Virus record (IMG/VR): IMGVR_UViG_3300033048_000096
Reading direction: 5' to 3' (one strand)
Source: a virus
Length of the DNA stretch: 64,000 bases
Shown here: one piece after another, positions 10,301 to 20,273 of the stretch
How the letters are laid out: each line of letters opens with the position of its first letter
How positions within the stretch are numbered: position 1 is the first letter of the stretch
Translations under genes and position numbers: made by a program
The notes under the pieces: generated by a model
Told to the model about the DNA's origin: nothing
Seen by the model: the letters and a program-made list of their open reading frames with translations, nothing else
Database searches by the model: none

Positions 10301-10565
10301 AGAATAGCTCTGTCCTTCCGCTTATTATTGGTGAATTTAGGAGACTGAAAAATTTTCCAGAAGCTAGACCGGTCGGGCTACAAGATGCGTCACCATCCCT
10401 ACCGTCTCCTATAGCTGCATCGATAACGGTCTCTTCTCTTAGACCCTCACCCATTATGCATGGTATTCGCAAGCCACCTGGGATAGAGACTCCCCTAGAG
10501 ATTACTCTGTCTCTAGCGAATGCGCCAGGCTGAATAAATCCTGATATTCCTGGGATTGAAGCCAT
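7356..10565 (-). CDS. Tail sheath protein with large inserted domains
   Basis: N-terminal FIQPGAFAR; C-terminal sheath core (HVETMS...ER...G, AAAASG, PLTFKTL, EISIRFVRDRV, YSPPFPINFVFI); 1069 aa; GGAGG RBS. Confidence 0.9.
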   Translation of the reverse strand: MASIPGISGFIQPGAFARDRVISRGVSIPGGLRIPCIMGEGLREETVIDAAIGDGRDGDASCSPTGLASGKFFSLLNSPIISGRTELFLNGNQLRGLEDQIDSSPFDGDFDFRLDISSGCIELQGASIGDQNGSKFSASTLNVGDGVIVDGTCGINDLISILDENAPEERWTVRVIGVIRDSNGDSIPGLTTFTVSGSVSGQLTDAFAQPILFHDSYYTGTAGAVSGTQEACDDGFVVADSLGFGTGAAASIVGDATPLTTRFFEFSGNLIAQGQALVGDELCIDGYIGIEIDDIDYDSGTDVTTLTLATDSIAYDVSASDWEIRATNLFIDDPSVLHNDVTGVPTTEGSFTSGELGKVLSICSGDSQGFYRVDQVTSSRRLRVSSLSDSALGFPNLLDDDADGLAEIGLEFHMLETNGVIIFGINPGLVPFSVGDKFFIDVNSKVLKENDRLEAKYIALSDINDPQLFVSSAELSVKHGQESLSNTLSLGAKLCFENQSPFVLAVQCKPPIPRRTSVTLLPEIDANGSGGFQACGGLAVDCEADDLTFVIPLPVSGLQKARPDIETQVNIFIVRGGLETQIFPNKVGFYNPQLESPTGQTQFISSPDTTFSYTIINTDTKVTGQGFNGDITAADGIFSTAEVDFDGEDVGQVIVIQSLETSSGAVLTTSDDISAHLFGVTTTGVELVITGVVNDSTVTVAGNVTGLPIVLSDAVDIQFFIKDLSDTTNLRSSLLLHRDLVDSGAMQVGDGVRISYIDEVDADFFDTNWFEAFESLEAEDCQMVIPLPLQNRGGIFRAAIQHVETMSTIAIQKERITMFGAQQGVTASALLGLEEVAVEDIGVLEGIQGDDPEEVLDGNTEDLQNFKLSDNYTSNRSVYFYPDQIVRPINGTNTFIDGFYMAAAASGYFASTQNVAIPLTFKTLSGFSILRDKKFRPTILNQLGAEGATVVQPVIGGGQVLAGRTTSQSGFIEDEEISIRFVRDRVKEELRQGMRPFVGTVEDNNTQGVMTSRVVGLMISLVSRGLVTEFKNVRVERNKIDPRQWDIFLLYSPPFPINFVFIDLEVGIL

Positions 10566-10631
10566 TTAATTCCTCCGATTCTTTATGTATAGACTGATCA
10601 TTTTAAATTTTTATATTAGTAGTTGTTAACT

Positions 10632-11444
10632 TTAGAGATTAATCTCTGCAATTTCAATTATATCATCAAACTTTAACGCTTGTACCGAGGATATACTTGA
10701 TACACCCGGTATGTGATGCTTTATCACATCAAAGTAAAAAATAACTTTTTCAATAACATTCTCTAGTGGTATTTCCACTCTCCACTCCGAACGCGTATTT
10801 ATCGTTATGGTATGATTAAATACGTAAGCATTCGCATAAGGTTCTGCATTTTCACCGCTAACATTTAGGGTTTTAATGAACAAACCATTTGCTCTCAATT
10901 CATTATATGAAACGTACTGTAATATCATTTTAACTATCTCTGTTATTTCTTCAAGCTCACTATGACTATCGGAATAGATAGAAATATCAAAATTCATATC
11001 CCAAGCGCCGGCATAAACTCGGTGAGTGGGTGTTTTGATTTCTGTTACTTTGCCAAACTCATTCGTTAATAAATCTTTTCGATACTTTATAGTCGAGTTT
11101 TGATTGAAAGAAATAGGATTATAAGAACCGCCACCAGACTTAACAGTTATTGCTGGATAAAACTTTATCTCAGTCCTAAAGACATCACTTATTAAGATCT
11201 TAGTCGTTGATGGATCATCTATGCTAAGACCTGTCAAATTAGGGGTCGCAGGAAATCCATACTCATCAGCTCTATATGTATATATGTTGTCGCGACTAAA
11301 ATGCTTTCTCAATATATCTATTAGTAAATTTTTAGGCTGAACTATAGATACATTCTGTATGATCTGATTGTCAGAGAAAAAATTAGAATATACCCTATGA
11401 TCTGCGTTAAATCCAGAGGGTAATGCTTGTTGATTTATTGGCAT
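10632..11444 (-). CDS. Tail terminator / tail completion protein
   Basis: YPAITV...WDMNFDISIYSDSHSELEEITEIV pattern; immediately upstream of the sheath. Confidence 0.6.
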   Translation of the reverse strand: MPINQQALPSGFNADHRVYSNFFSDNQIIQNVSIVQPKNLLIDILRKHFSRDNIYTYRADEYGFPATPNLTGLSIDDPSTTKILISDVFRTEIKFYPAITVKSGGGSYNPISFNQNSTIKYRKDLLTNEFGKVTEIKTPTHRVYAGAWDMNFDISIYSDSHSELEEITEIVKMILQYVSYNELRANGLFIKTLNVSGENAEPYANAYVFNHTITINTRSEWRVEIPLENVIEKVIFYFDVIKHHIPGVSSISSVQALKFDDIIEIAEINL

Positions 11445-11465
11445 TTGATTTTATCCTATATTACA

Positions 11466-11801
11466 TTACCGCATATTGATAGGTAAATATACCAAATCTT
11501 CTATATTTTTAGCTTGCTCGCAAAAATGCTTTATCTTAGATATATGACGATCAAGCTTATCTTTGTCCTCAAAGTCACCATCTTTGATTACAATTCTCTT
11601 CCTTATTAAAAGCTCAACAATAACGCCTTCATCACTTATGAGGTCATTTCCTGATACTATCTCTATACATGAGTTGTCTGATATTACTTTCGAATCCTCA
11701 AAATTAAGCTTATTAAATATATATGATACCACATTATCAATCGTCTTGTTGAATTCAGAACTTCGTGATTCTATCTTATTAAAGATTTTTACAGAGAACA
11801 T
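11466..11801 (-). CDS. Hypothetical protein
   Basis: 111-aa ORF translationally coupled to 11801..12313. Confidence 0.6.
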   Translation of the reverse strand: MFSVKIFNKIESRSSEFNKTIDNVVSYIFNKLNFEDSKVISDNSCIEIVSGNDLISDEGVIVELLIRKRIVIKDGDFEDKDKLDRHISKIKHFCEQAKNIEDLVYLPINMR

Positions 11802-12313
11802 TATTTCACCTCATATTCATTCATTGTTTCGTCAATTATTATATTTATATTTATCGGTCTAAATTTACTGTGAATATGGGAAGCATTTAACTCAACACCA
11901 TAAGTGCCTGAAGGTAACCTAGCCTCCCAATAACCATCAGAATCTGTCGTTCTAGTCTTTAACACTGCCCCTTCAGGAGAGAATATCTTAACGTAGACAT
12001 CTTTAATCGGCTTTTTTCTCTGATTTTTAACTCTACCAAAAACCTTTATGGTCTGAGCAATCTCAGAAACAGGCGAGGCTGAAGGGGAGGTGCGAACGAT
12101 CGGCGCGATCGGCGCGGAAGCCGATGGCGCTACCGCTGATGGCCCCCCAGCTGACCCTCCAGGTCCCGAACTGTTTTTTGACGAACTTAACTTCATAAGC
12201 TTGTTGTTCAATAACTTAATGTTACTGTCCATTACATCCAGCCTCTTATTCACTTCGGAAATTTCATCTAAAATTTTATATATAGCTTCAATGGCAGACC
12301 GCTCTTTACTCAT
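11801..12313 (-). CDS. Coiled-coil plus carboxypeptidase-regulatory-like (CnaB/transthyretin-like) beta-sandwich protein
   Basis: VFGRVKNQRKKPIKDVYVKI...TTDSDGYWEARLPSGTYGV after a Pro/Ser/Ala linker. Confidence 0.6.
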   Translation of the reverse strand: MSKERSAIEAIYKILDEISEVNKRLDVMDSNIKLLNNKLMKLSSSKNSSGPGGSAGGPSAVAPSASAPIAPIVRTSPSASPVSEIAQTIKVFGRVKNQRKKPIKDVYVKIFSPEGAVLKTRTTDSDGYWEARLPSGTYGVELNASHIHSKFRPININIIIDETMNEYEVK

Positions 12314-12325
12314 ATGTTAACTCTC

Positions 12326-15300
12326 TTATGTGCTTGTTCTAACTGTATTGCTAATCTCAATTATACCGTCAACAACAGGAACTGATGGGTACTCAATCAC
12401 TATCGATGAATTGCTGCCAAGATTTGGTGATGAATTTGTTATAATATTATTTGAAATAATTATATCCTTCATCGTGGAACTTGATGATTCAGTAAACTTA
12501 ATGGCTCCATTCTCTAATCCCATATTGTTTAATCTACATCCAGAAAAAATTAAATTTCCCATCTCAAGATCACTTTCGGGGATTAATGTTACTGAATTTT
12601 GCTGACCAATAATCATGGCGTACTCTCCGACTCGATTCGGATCGACCGCTACACCATCTATAGTACTTGGCCCATCAAAAATTATATTTTGAATTTTAAA
12701 ACTAGCTTCTCTTGACACGTCAGAACCGGACTTTGATAACGCTTGAGTTAATGCAATTACACATCCAACATTATCCAGTAATGAACTGTCGGTCTGATAA
12801 GTGAAGTTACTTACGGAAATTCCATAAATTATATCGGCAGATGAAGTGTCTGAACTAGAACCTAACATAAATAACGCAGTTCCTAAATCAACATTGTCTC
12901 CTGATAAAGATGTTCCTAAAGCAAGCGCTCCTGATTTCTTAATTATCGTTCCAGGGCCAGAACCAGAAATTGATAGGTCAAAATCTATAACTATAGTAGA
13001 ACTTACCTCGTAAGAACCATTCTCTATCAAAATCGAAGGCCTTCCCACAGTAGGGAACATTTTCCTAAACCTATTGCTGTATTTTACCGCATCACTTATT
13101 GACGTGAAATGCCCATGCCTAGGATCTACTGAAACTTTTATATCTCCCAATACTTTTAAATCCAAATTGTCAATAAATAATCTAAGATCAACCTCGGTAG
13201 CAGTAAATCCGTCATTAACGACCTCAGATAATGTCGCAACCTCTTGATCGAAAAATGGAGATATGAACTCACCAGGATTGTTGGGGTTGTCAATCGCAGG
13301 CTTAGCAACAACGCATCCTCTGCTGTCAATTATTACGTAATAATCAGAATCAGTATTCACTCTTATATCTTCCTGACCCGGAAACTCAAATCGTATCCCA
13401 TTCACTAAAGGAATTCCGGCACCCACGCTAAACGTTTGGTAAACCTCAGTGCCAGTATCAATATATATAGGGTTAGAAACTAGGCAACCCCTAACTATAC
13501 CACTAGCTCTTATCTCGTTTCTAGGGCCCTCTATGAATTTCTCTATAAAAGAATCACCTATGATCGTCGCATCAGATGTGCCAGACCGACGCTTGTCTGT
13601 TAGGACTGGTATGCCAGGATCAGTTGATGATCCAAGAATTCTACCAAGTGATGTCGAAAATCCGCCGCGAGAAAGATGATAGTTGTTTTGGCTTATCTCG
13701 TTAAAACCGTATAAAGTTACCTGCTGCTGAATTAATGGAGGGGCAGATGCACTGACATCTAATGTTATAAACGATAGACCGTCACTACCAAATATCTTAT
13801 AACTTCCTGAGGCGCCAACAAATACTTGAGAACCATCTAACAAATCTGGACCTGTTAACTTAGCAAACCCATCAGACTCAATTGTTAATACCCCAACCTC
13901 TCCAGACGTTATAAACCCTCTAGATATATCAGATACCGAAGCGAAAAAAGTGCCGCTCCTTAACGAACTCTCAATCTCCAAACGCTTCGAGTTAAATATA
14001 TTCTTTTCTTCTGACAGGAACGTATCAAATATTATCGTCCCATCTATTGACAATATCTCTTCGAAAGTTAATTCACCAACGTTAGACGTAGCTCTTATGA
14101 AGTGAATTAATGAATCGTCATCTAATGCCCCAGAAAAAGTCGTGCCAGACAAATCCAAATTAGCAACACCAAGCAAGACAGAACCAACTCTATAACTGCC
14201 ATCATCAATGGGACCGGTAGAACCAGTAACTATAGCTATGTCACCTTCTCTAATTCCACTGGATGATAAGTTTCCATCAAATAATGACAAAGTTAAAGTT
14301 CCGCTTATCATCTCAATTGATGAATTGTCAAAACTCTGAACCAAACCGAAGCCACTTAGAATGTTTCCGTTCAAATTTAAACTATTTCCAGTCTCACCCT
14401 CAAACTCAATATCCAATAAAGATGACAAACCTAATGCTGCAGTACCATCATTGGAAGAACCTAATGATACTAAAATAGTCCTGTTTATACTGTCACCAGA
14501 TATGTTAGGCATGTTATGAGATAAAGCAAGCTCATAACATTGGTTTTTTATAACCTTATATGCCGTTATATTAAGATGACTATCTACGGCTATATCATTT
14601 ATTGACTGCATTATGGAATCTATTGACTGCTCAGAAACAGAAGAGTTGTATGTATCAATAGTTACCGGAGTTCCTCCGTCAATTGTTATGTCAAATGAAC
14701 CTGATGACGAAGTTATATTGCTAGGTATAATACCTGATGAAATTATTGTGCTTGAATCAGGGTTCAATACCTGAACATCCGGAGTGTTCGTCTTGTTAGC
14801 TCTAGGTCTAACTGTAGAAATAAATCCACCCAGATTATAGGACTTGTAAGTGTTTTTAGATATTTTAATTAGTAACCCAGACTCAGGCGCACTAAGAGGT
14901 CCTCCGTGCACGATCACTGACTGCAGTAACCCGAAAGTATCTATCGTAACTTCCGAAATCTGATACTCTCTATTGTCATCTTCGCTCGTTAATCCACTTA
15001 ATGTTAAAATGTCAAACTCCGAAATGTCACCAAGAGGAGTCTCGCCGGTTGTTAACGAAAATGTGGTAAACGCAGAACCAGAAGATTGAATATATGATGC
15101 TGAGGTTAAGTCGAGCAATAGGCTGCCTAGATTATTACCCTCAAAACCATCGAAAGTTGAACCAGTTCTAACCCTACCGTTAGAACTTATATTTAATATT
15201 GTATTTTTAAAACCAACAGTCTCTATGTTAGCTAAATCATCAATGGCTCCCTGTAAATCATTCGAAAATATAACCTCAGAAGTATTCGTCGTGTCATAGA

Positions 15301-15919
15301 AAATTTGAGAAGATAAATGAGAGTTATTTAATGCTGATATATTGGCCCCAGTGTAATTAATATGAGAATTGTAAATCCCCTCAAGAGCCACCTGTAGGGT
15401 GTTTGCCGCCAAAGATAGGCCTGCAATGTCAGATGCTATGACGGACCCCTGAGAGACCGCTATGGAGGTCGCTGAGTGCCTGTTCGTTGACGTTGGCTCC
15501 ACGTGTATCGAGAATGTTGTGGATAATTCCTCCAACCCACTCCTTATTAAATCTAGATTGTTATTTAATATCGAAATCTCATCCTGAAGTAATGTGGTCG
15601 GGTAATCAAGACGCAACTTGGACTCGCTTATCGAAGCTACCTTAGATACGTCAGAGTCGATTATTGGACCAGATAAAACATTGGCACGACTAAGGGCTTC
15701 ATCTAATATGTTTCCATTGCTATCTAATGATTTATTTATCCTCTCAGATAATGTGTTGCCAGCGGAACCCTGGGGGTTTATACCTAAGGTTGATTCGATT
15801 TTAAATATAGCAGACCTAATGCTATTTATAACATCAGAACCTATCTCTGTAATATTATCTCTGACAGGAGGTATCTCAATCGATGTATCTAGCTGCTGTG
15901 GATATTTTGATTTTGGCAT
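12326..15919 (-). CDS. Tail fibre/spike-like virion protein (paralogue B)
   Basis: 1197 aa, Ser-rich. C-terminal beta-helix entry motif FTSISDAV...ILIENGSY....I.....ISGSG..TII. N-terminus paralogous to 15934..20244. Confidence 0.6.
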   Translation of the reverse strand: MPKSKYPQQLDTSIEIPPVRDNITEIGSDVINSIRSAIFKIESTLGINPQGSAGNTLSERINKSLDSNGNILDEALSRANVLSGPIIDSDVSKVASISESKLRLDYPTTLLQDEISILNNNLDLIRSGLEELSTTFSIHVEPTSTNRHSATSIAVSQGSVIASDIAGLSLAANTLQVALEGIYNSHINYTGANISALNNSHLSSQIFYDTTNTSEVIFSNDLQGAIDDLANIETVGFKNTILNISSNGRVRTGSTFDGFEGNNLGSLLLDLTSASYIQSSGSAFTTFSLTTGETPLGDISEFDILTLSGLTSEDDNREYQISEVTIDTFGLLQSVIVHGGPLSAPESGLLIKISKNTYKSYNLGGFISTVRPRANKTNTPDVQVLNPDSSTIISSGIIPSNITSSSGSFDITIDGGTPVTIDTYNSSVSEQSIDSIMQSINDIAVDSHLNITAYKVIKNQCYELALSHNMPNISGDSINRTILVSLGSSNDGTAALGLSSLLDIEFEGETGNSLNLNGNILSGFGLVQSFDNSSIEMISGTLTLSLFDGNLSSSGIREGDIAIVTGSTGPIDDGSYRVGSVLLGVANLDLSGTTFSGALDDDSLIHFIRATSNVGELTFEEILSIDGTIIFDTFLSEEKNIFNSKRLEIESSLRSGTFFASVSDISRGFITSGEVGVLTIESDGFAKLTGPDLLDGSQVFVGASGSYKIFGSDGLSFITLDVSASAPPLIQQQVTLYGFNEISQNNYHLSRGGFSTSLGRILGSSTDPGIPVLTDKRRSGTSDATIIGDSFIEKFIEGPRNEIRASGIVRGCLVSNPIYIDTGTEVYQTFSVGAGIPLVNGIRFEFPGQEDIRVNTDSDYYVIIDSRGCVVAKPAIDNPNNPGEFISPFFDQEVATLSEVVNDGFTATEVDLRLFIDNLDLKVLGDIKVSVDPRHGHFTSISDAVKYSNRFRKMFPTVGRPSILIENGSYEVSSTIVIDFDLSISGSGPGTIIKKSGALALGTSLSGDNVDLGTALFMLGSSSDTSSADIIYGISVSNFTYQTDSSLLDNVGCVIALTQALSKSGSDVSREASFKIQNIIFDGPSTIDGVAVDPNRVGEYAMIIGQQNSVTLIPESDLEMGNLIFSGCRLNNMGLENGAIKFTESSSSTMKDIIISNNIITNSSPNLGSNSSIVIEYPSVPVVDGIIEISNTVRTST

Positions 15920-15933
15920 GTTATTTTACCCCG

Positions 15934-18900
15934 TTAAAATCCTAATGTACTTTCTACATCATTTGTTTGAATAGTTAGCCGAATCCAATATACGTCTAAA
16001 TTAGAAGCTAGGTTATGAGTTATTGTTACGAAGAATAATGCGCCGCCCGAACCGGAAACGCTAAAGCTCGTAGTTCCTGATGTATTTGATATTAAATTTA
16101 TAGTTTTTATATTCGAACTTCCTGCCGTAGGGGACGAAGTACCAACCTCAGACGCTGTTAGCATATCCTGGGTAGAACTACCTCCGCCAGTAGAACCTGT
16201 AAGTATAGAACCTGTCCAGGTAACTAACTCTGATGGATCTTGCTGGACTCCTAACGTTAATCCGGTTATTACCTCTCCAGGGTGCAAATCCTCAACCCTT
16301 AACCTAAGCGTTTGGCCAGTCTCTAATTCCGCAACACCCCATATTAGATTACTTAAGTCCTGCGAATTAAGAGCACGCTCCCGATAAAGTGGCGAATCTC
16401 CAAATGTACTGAATGCATACCCAGAACCGGACGTTCCTTTGTTAAACTCATCCATAGTATAAAGCCTAGTTCTTGTCTTAGAATTATTATACTTGTAATT
16501 CTCACCCGATATGTCCGAGCCAACAGTCAATCCCCTACTTAACCTATCTCCCCAAGGAATGTTACCGTCAGGATCGATTTTAGGACCCGAAGCGTCAGAG
16601 TTCGGAAGAGCGTTGTCAGCAATTATATTGCCAAAGAAATTGATATTACTCTCAGAAGGTGAACCTGACAGATCAAATATATGACCAGAACCTTCCACTC
16701 TAACCAAATAGTTATCAGTGCCGCCAGAAGAATTAGACGCATCACCCCGGGATGTATTGTTTGTGATATTTATATTTCTCCAGTCTGATGCGCGCTGAAC
16801 AAAACTTATATGAGAATTTAAAAATTGACAATTAGAGATCGTTATATTACCAACATCAGTACCGTTAGTTACATCTACTTGCTCCATCCTTATACCAATG
16901 TTATTTGAACTAAAATTAAGATCCTCAGTTCCATCAAAAGTAACAGAATCAACTGTTATCCCGAAATTTAACTTGTTTCCAGTGTTAGGATCATCAGTCG
17001 CTGGATCAAGAACCAAAATTCTTGAATTTCTCATTCTAAAATCTTTCAGAGTTATGAAGCCATCGCTGAATACCGAAGAATCTCCAGAAGGTAAGGTCGT
17101 AAGACCAGATCCAGGGATAAGTATGCGACCCCTATATATTCCGGAATTGTTCTTGTCAGCCTGACTGGGAGTTCTGTTGTCAGTAAATGTATTGAATAAA
17201 TTTAAAACAGTAGAATCACCCTCCCCAATAAGTCTGACAGGAAAGTTAATCCATATCCCGTCGTTATACTCTGATGTGAGGGCCGCAGAATCATTGGACG
17301 CTAATGCTACTGTCGTGGGATGATCTACGTATATATTATACTCGCCAGACTTCATCTGCACTGTAGGTACTCCAGCTTTTGGAAACACCTCCGAAAATCT
17401 CTTGGCATACCTCAAGGCTTTACCAACACTAGTGAAATGAGCCATGCCAGGCTGGTTACTTACCGTAATGGAATTCAATATCTTCAAATCTAAATCATTT
17501 ATAAATAACCTAAGATCAATGTTGTTTATCACCGATCCATCAAACTCTAATGATGAAAGAATACATACCTCCGATGATTCAAATGGTGACTTGCAGTCAG
17601 ATGTTGACGCCTCAACCCTTATTATGCCATCCTCATCTATCGCTATAAATATCTTGTCAATCACAGAAGAATCAATGTCAGATATTATTACTGATATAGT
17701 ATCTATTGAAATTTTCCGACCCTTTATATAACAATACCCATTCGTAATATCAAAAGTGTATAACCCCGATGTAGTTGTCTCATTAATTATCTCTAAACCA
17801 TAAACTACACCATTAGACCTAAGCTCATTAAGCGGACTCTCAACCATAAAGCCTATAGCCTCAGATGATATATCCTTTATACCAATATTACCCCTGGAAA
17901 GTATAGATCTTATCCTGGGCGAACCAACGCCTCCATCTATCCTACCGTTGAAATTATTAAAAGCAACTCTAGATATTAAAAGATTAGAGTCCAGATTTAC
18001 ACCGCCAAATCCAAACAAATTAATCGATATATCTGTGCCGGAAGAAGTTATTTTAGTTATCAAATCAGAAACACTAGGGATCATGAACTTAAGACTTACA
18101 TTTTCTAATCCAGATTTTACCCACACATAACTGTTGTTACCTCGAACATCCACACTGTCGCCAGAATCCAAAGAAATGCTGACCGAATTTATATCGGAAG
18201 AAATCTGAAGATTAAACGCCTTGTCAGAAATATCTCCGCGGAAATCAACAAGAATCGCCAACGAAGATGAACCAAGTATAGACGCGCTATACTCAAATCG
18301 TTTCGAACTAAAAACATTTCGATCCGAAGATACGAAAATGTCAGATAATATAGAGCCGAATGTACTACTAACCTTATCAAATATTACAGAATCGAATGAT
18401 ACTATATTGGAATGAACCCTAAATCTAGTGCTATCCTGACTCGCCCCAGAAAACCCGGATGGCAACTGATCGCTACTTAAAATAAGCTGGGTTGATGTAA
18501 CTGACTCAATTACATAACTTCCGTCATCTGAGGCGTTGACCGAATCAGATATTACCAGCAAATCACCAGACTTTAAACCTAAACTTATCAGATCTAAACC
18601 AGAAGAGGAACTACCAACAATTAATGTCGTTGACAAAAATATCAACCCAGTAGAATCAAGCTTTACACTGAGACCCTCATAATTGCTGCCGTTTATATAG
18701 TACGCCGAACCATACTCTGATGATATTACTTTATCTTCTATTGATGAAAATCCACATGCATCTATACCACTGTCGGATGAACGGCTCAACGTTATTGTGT
18801 GCGTCTCCGAATCTTCATCAGGCAAATTATGAGATATAGCTACCTCAGATGACTTGTTCGAGTAATCAACTCTGTAGGCGAAAAAATTAGAGGCGTTTTC

Positions 18901-20244
18901 AGCTGATTGCTCATTAATTCTACTTACAATAGAATCAATACTCTGAGTAACTAACCCGCCAGAATATAAATCTATAGACCCAGAGGTTCCAGAATCTAAT
19001 GATATACCCAAAAACCTATTCGATGTCGTTATCTCCAAAGGTCTAATTCCAGATGAAATTACCTTCACGGAATTTGGATTGCAAATCTGTACCGTTCTCG
19101 CAGAACTAAGTAAAGCCTCCTCCCTCACAGAAGATAATAAACTTACCTGATTCGTTGTAGCTCTTATATTCTTACTTATCGTACCTAAAGTTATCGAAGT
19201 AGAGTCGGCGAAAAATAAACCATACACATCTATACTGACTAGATTTCCAGATATAATGGAAAAACTATCTATCTCGTAAGAACCAGAGTAAAGAAAACTG
19301 CTGTCACTTAAATCAGAAATGTTTAATATGTCCGACTTAGATAAATTAAAATCACCAACTGGTAGTATGTCATTTATAGTTACAGTCGATATACCTGATG
19401 AATTCCCTAAGGATATGTCAAATGATATCGATATATCCTCGGCTAATATATTACCTAGACCAGAATTTAAAGACGAATCAATCTCGCCAACATTAAGTAT
19501 ACCATTAGTATGATGCAAATTTTGATGGTCAATCTTTGAGTTTAATGCCGAATTAGCTACCTCCTCCATAGCATTTTGCATATCTACCGAAGATATGATC
19601 GCACTTACATTGTCATTGTCGAAATAAATCTGACCAGCAATATGAGAGTTGTTATCCGAAGCTATATTAACCCCTGAATATCCGATGTGAGAATCAACTA
19701 CCACCTCAAATGTCGACTGACTGCTGCCAGATGGTAAGTTTGCTAAAGCTGTATCACTAGGGGCAACTACATGTGATGATACAGAAATTGATGAAGCAGG
19801 ATGCCTGTTCGTTGAACTTGAATTTATATGCGCAGAAAGAGTCACACTTAACTCTTCCGCTTGATTAATTAAAATCTCTATGCTGGAATTAAGTATCGAA
19901 ATCTCATCCTGAAGCAATGTGGTCGGGTAATCAAGACGCAACTTAGACTCTCTTATTGATGCTACCCTCGATACATCAGCGTCAATTATTGGGCCGGATA
20001 AAATGTTGGTGCGATCAATGGCCTCTGTACGTATATTTCCGTTGCCATCTAATGATTTATTTATCCTTTCAGATAATGTGTTGCCCACAGCGCCCTGAGG
20101 GTTTATTCCTAAAACCTTTTCTATGTTAAAGATCGCAGATCTGATGCTGTTTATTGCGTCAGATCCAACCTCTAGAACATTATCTCTGACTGGCGGTATC
20201 TCTACCGATGTGTCTAATTGTTGTGGATATTTTGATTTTGGCAT
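15934..20244 (-). CDS. Tail fibre/spike-like virion protein (paralogue A)
   Basis: 1436 aa; same N-terminus (MPKSKYPQQLDTS.EIPPVRDN); beta-helix-like region (FTSVGKAL...GEY...VRLIGEGDSTVL; ITISNCQF, INITNN). Confidence 0.6.
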   Translation of the reverse strand: MPKSKYPQQLDTSVEIPPVRDNVLEVGSDAINSIRSAIFNIEKVLGINPQGAVGNTLSERINKSLDGNGNIRTEAIDRTNILSGPIIDADVSRVASIRESKLRLDYPTTLLQDEISILNSSIEILINQAEELSVTLSAHINSSSTNRHPASSISVSSHVVAPSDTALANLPSGSSQSTFEVVVDSHIGYSGVNIASDNNSHIAGQIYFDNDNVSAIISSVDMQNAMEEVANSALNSKIDHQNLHHTNGILNVGEIDSSLNSGLGNILAEDISISFDISLGNSSGISTVTINDILPVGDFNLSKSDILNISDLSDSSFLYSGSYEIDSFSIISGNLVSIDVYGLFFADSTSITLGTISKNIRATTNQVSLLSSVREEALLSSARTVQICNPNSVKVISSGIRPLEITTSNRFLGISLDSGTSGSIDLYSGGLVTQSIDSIVSRINEQSAENASNFFAYRVDYSNKSSEVAISHNLPDEDSETHTITLSRSSDSGIDACGFSSIEDKVISSEYGSAYYINGSNYEGLSVKLDSTGLIFLSTTLIVGSSSSGLDLISLGLKSGDLLVISDSVNASDDGSYVIESVTSTQLILSSDQLPSGFSGASQDSTRFRVHSNIVSFDSVIFDKVSSTFGSILSDIFVSSDRNVFSSKRFEYSASILGSSSLAILVDFRGDISDKAFNLQISSDINSVSISLDSGDSVDVRGNNSYVWVKSGLENVSLKFMIPSVSDLITKITSSGTDISINLFGFGGVNLDSNLLISRVAFNNFNGRIDGGVGSPRIRSILSRGNIGIKDISSEAIGFMVESPLNELRSNGVVYGLEIINETTTSGLYTFDITNGYCYIKGRKISIDTISVIISDIDSSVIDKIFIAIDEDGIIRVEASTSDCKSPFESSEVCILSSLEFDGSVINNIDLRLFINDLDLKILNSITVSNQPGMAHFTSVGKALRYAKRFSEVFPKAGVPTVQMKSGEYNIYVDHPTTVALASNDSAALTSEYNDGIWINFPVRLIGEGDSTVLNLFNTFTDNRTPSQADKNNSGIYRGRILIPGSGLTTLPSGDSSVFSDGFITLKDFRMRNSRILVLDPATDDPNTGNKLNFGITVDSVTFDGTEDLNFSSNNIGIRMEQVDVTNGTDVGNITISNCQFLNSHISFVQRASDWRNINITNNTSRGDASNSSGGTDNYLVRVEGSGHIFDLSGSPSESNINFFGNIIADNALPNSDASGPKIDPDGNIPWGDRLSRGLTVGSDISGENYKYNNSKTRTRLYTMDEFNKGTSGSGYAFSTFGDSPLYRERALNSQDLSNLIWGVAELETGQTLRLRVEDLHPGEVITGLTLGVQQDPSELVTWTGSILTGSTGGGSSTQDMLTASEVGTSSPTAGSSNIKTINLISNTSGTTSFSVSGSGGALFFVTITHNLASNLDVYWIRLTIQTNDVESTLGF

Positions 20245-20273
20245 ATTACCTCTTTAGCTACCGAAAAAATTTA

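Noticed and set aside
1-11444. Bacterial extracellular contractile injection system or tailocin
   Set aside because: Capsid, portal, terminase, protease and replication genes are present, so this is a phage.
12326-20244. Diversity-generating retroelement template/variable repeat pair in the fibre genes
   Set aside because: The shared blocks are N-terminal and short with only 1-2 mismatches, rather than an adenine-mutagenised C-terminal repeat, and no reverse transcriptase is present in the window.
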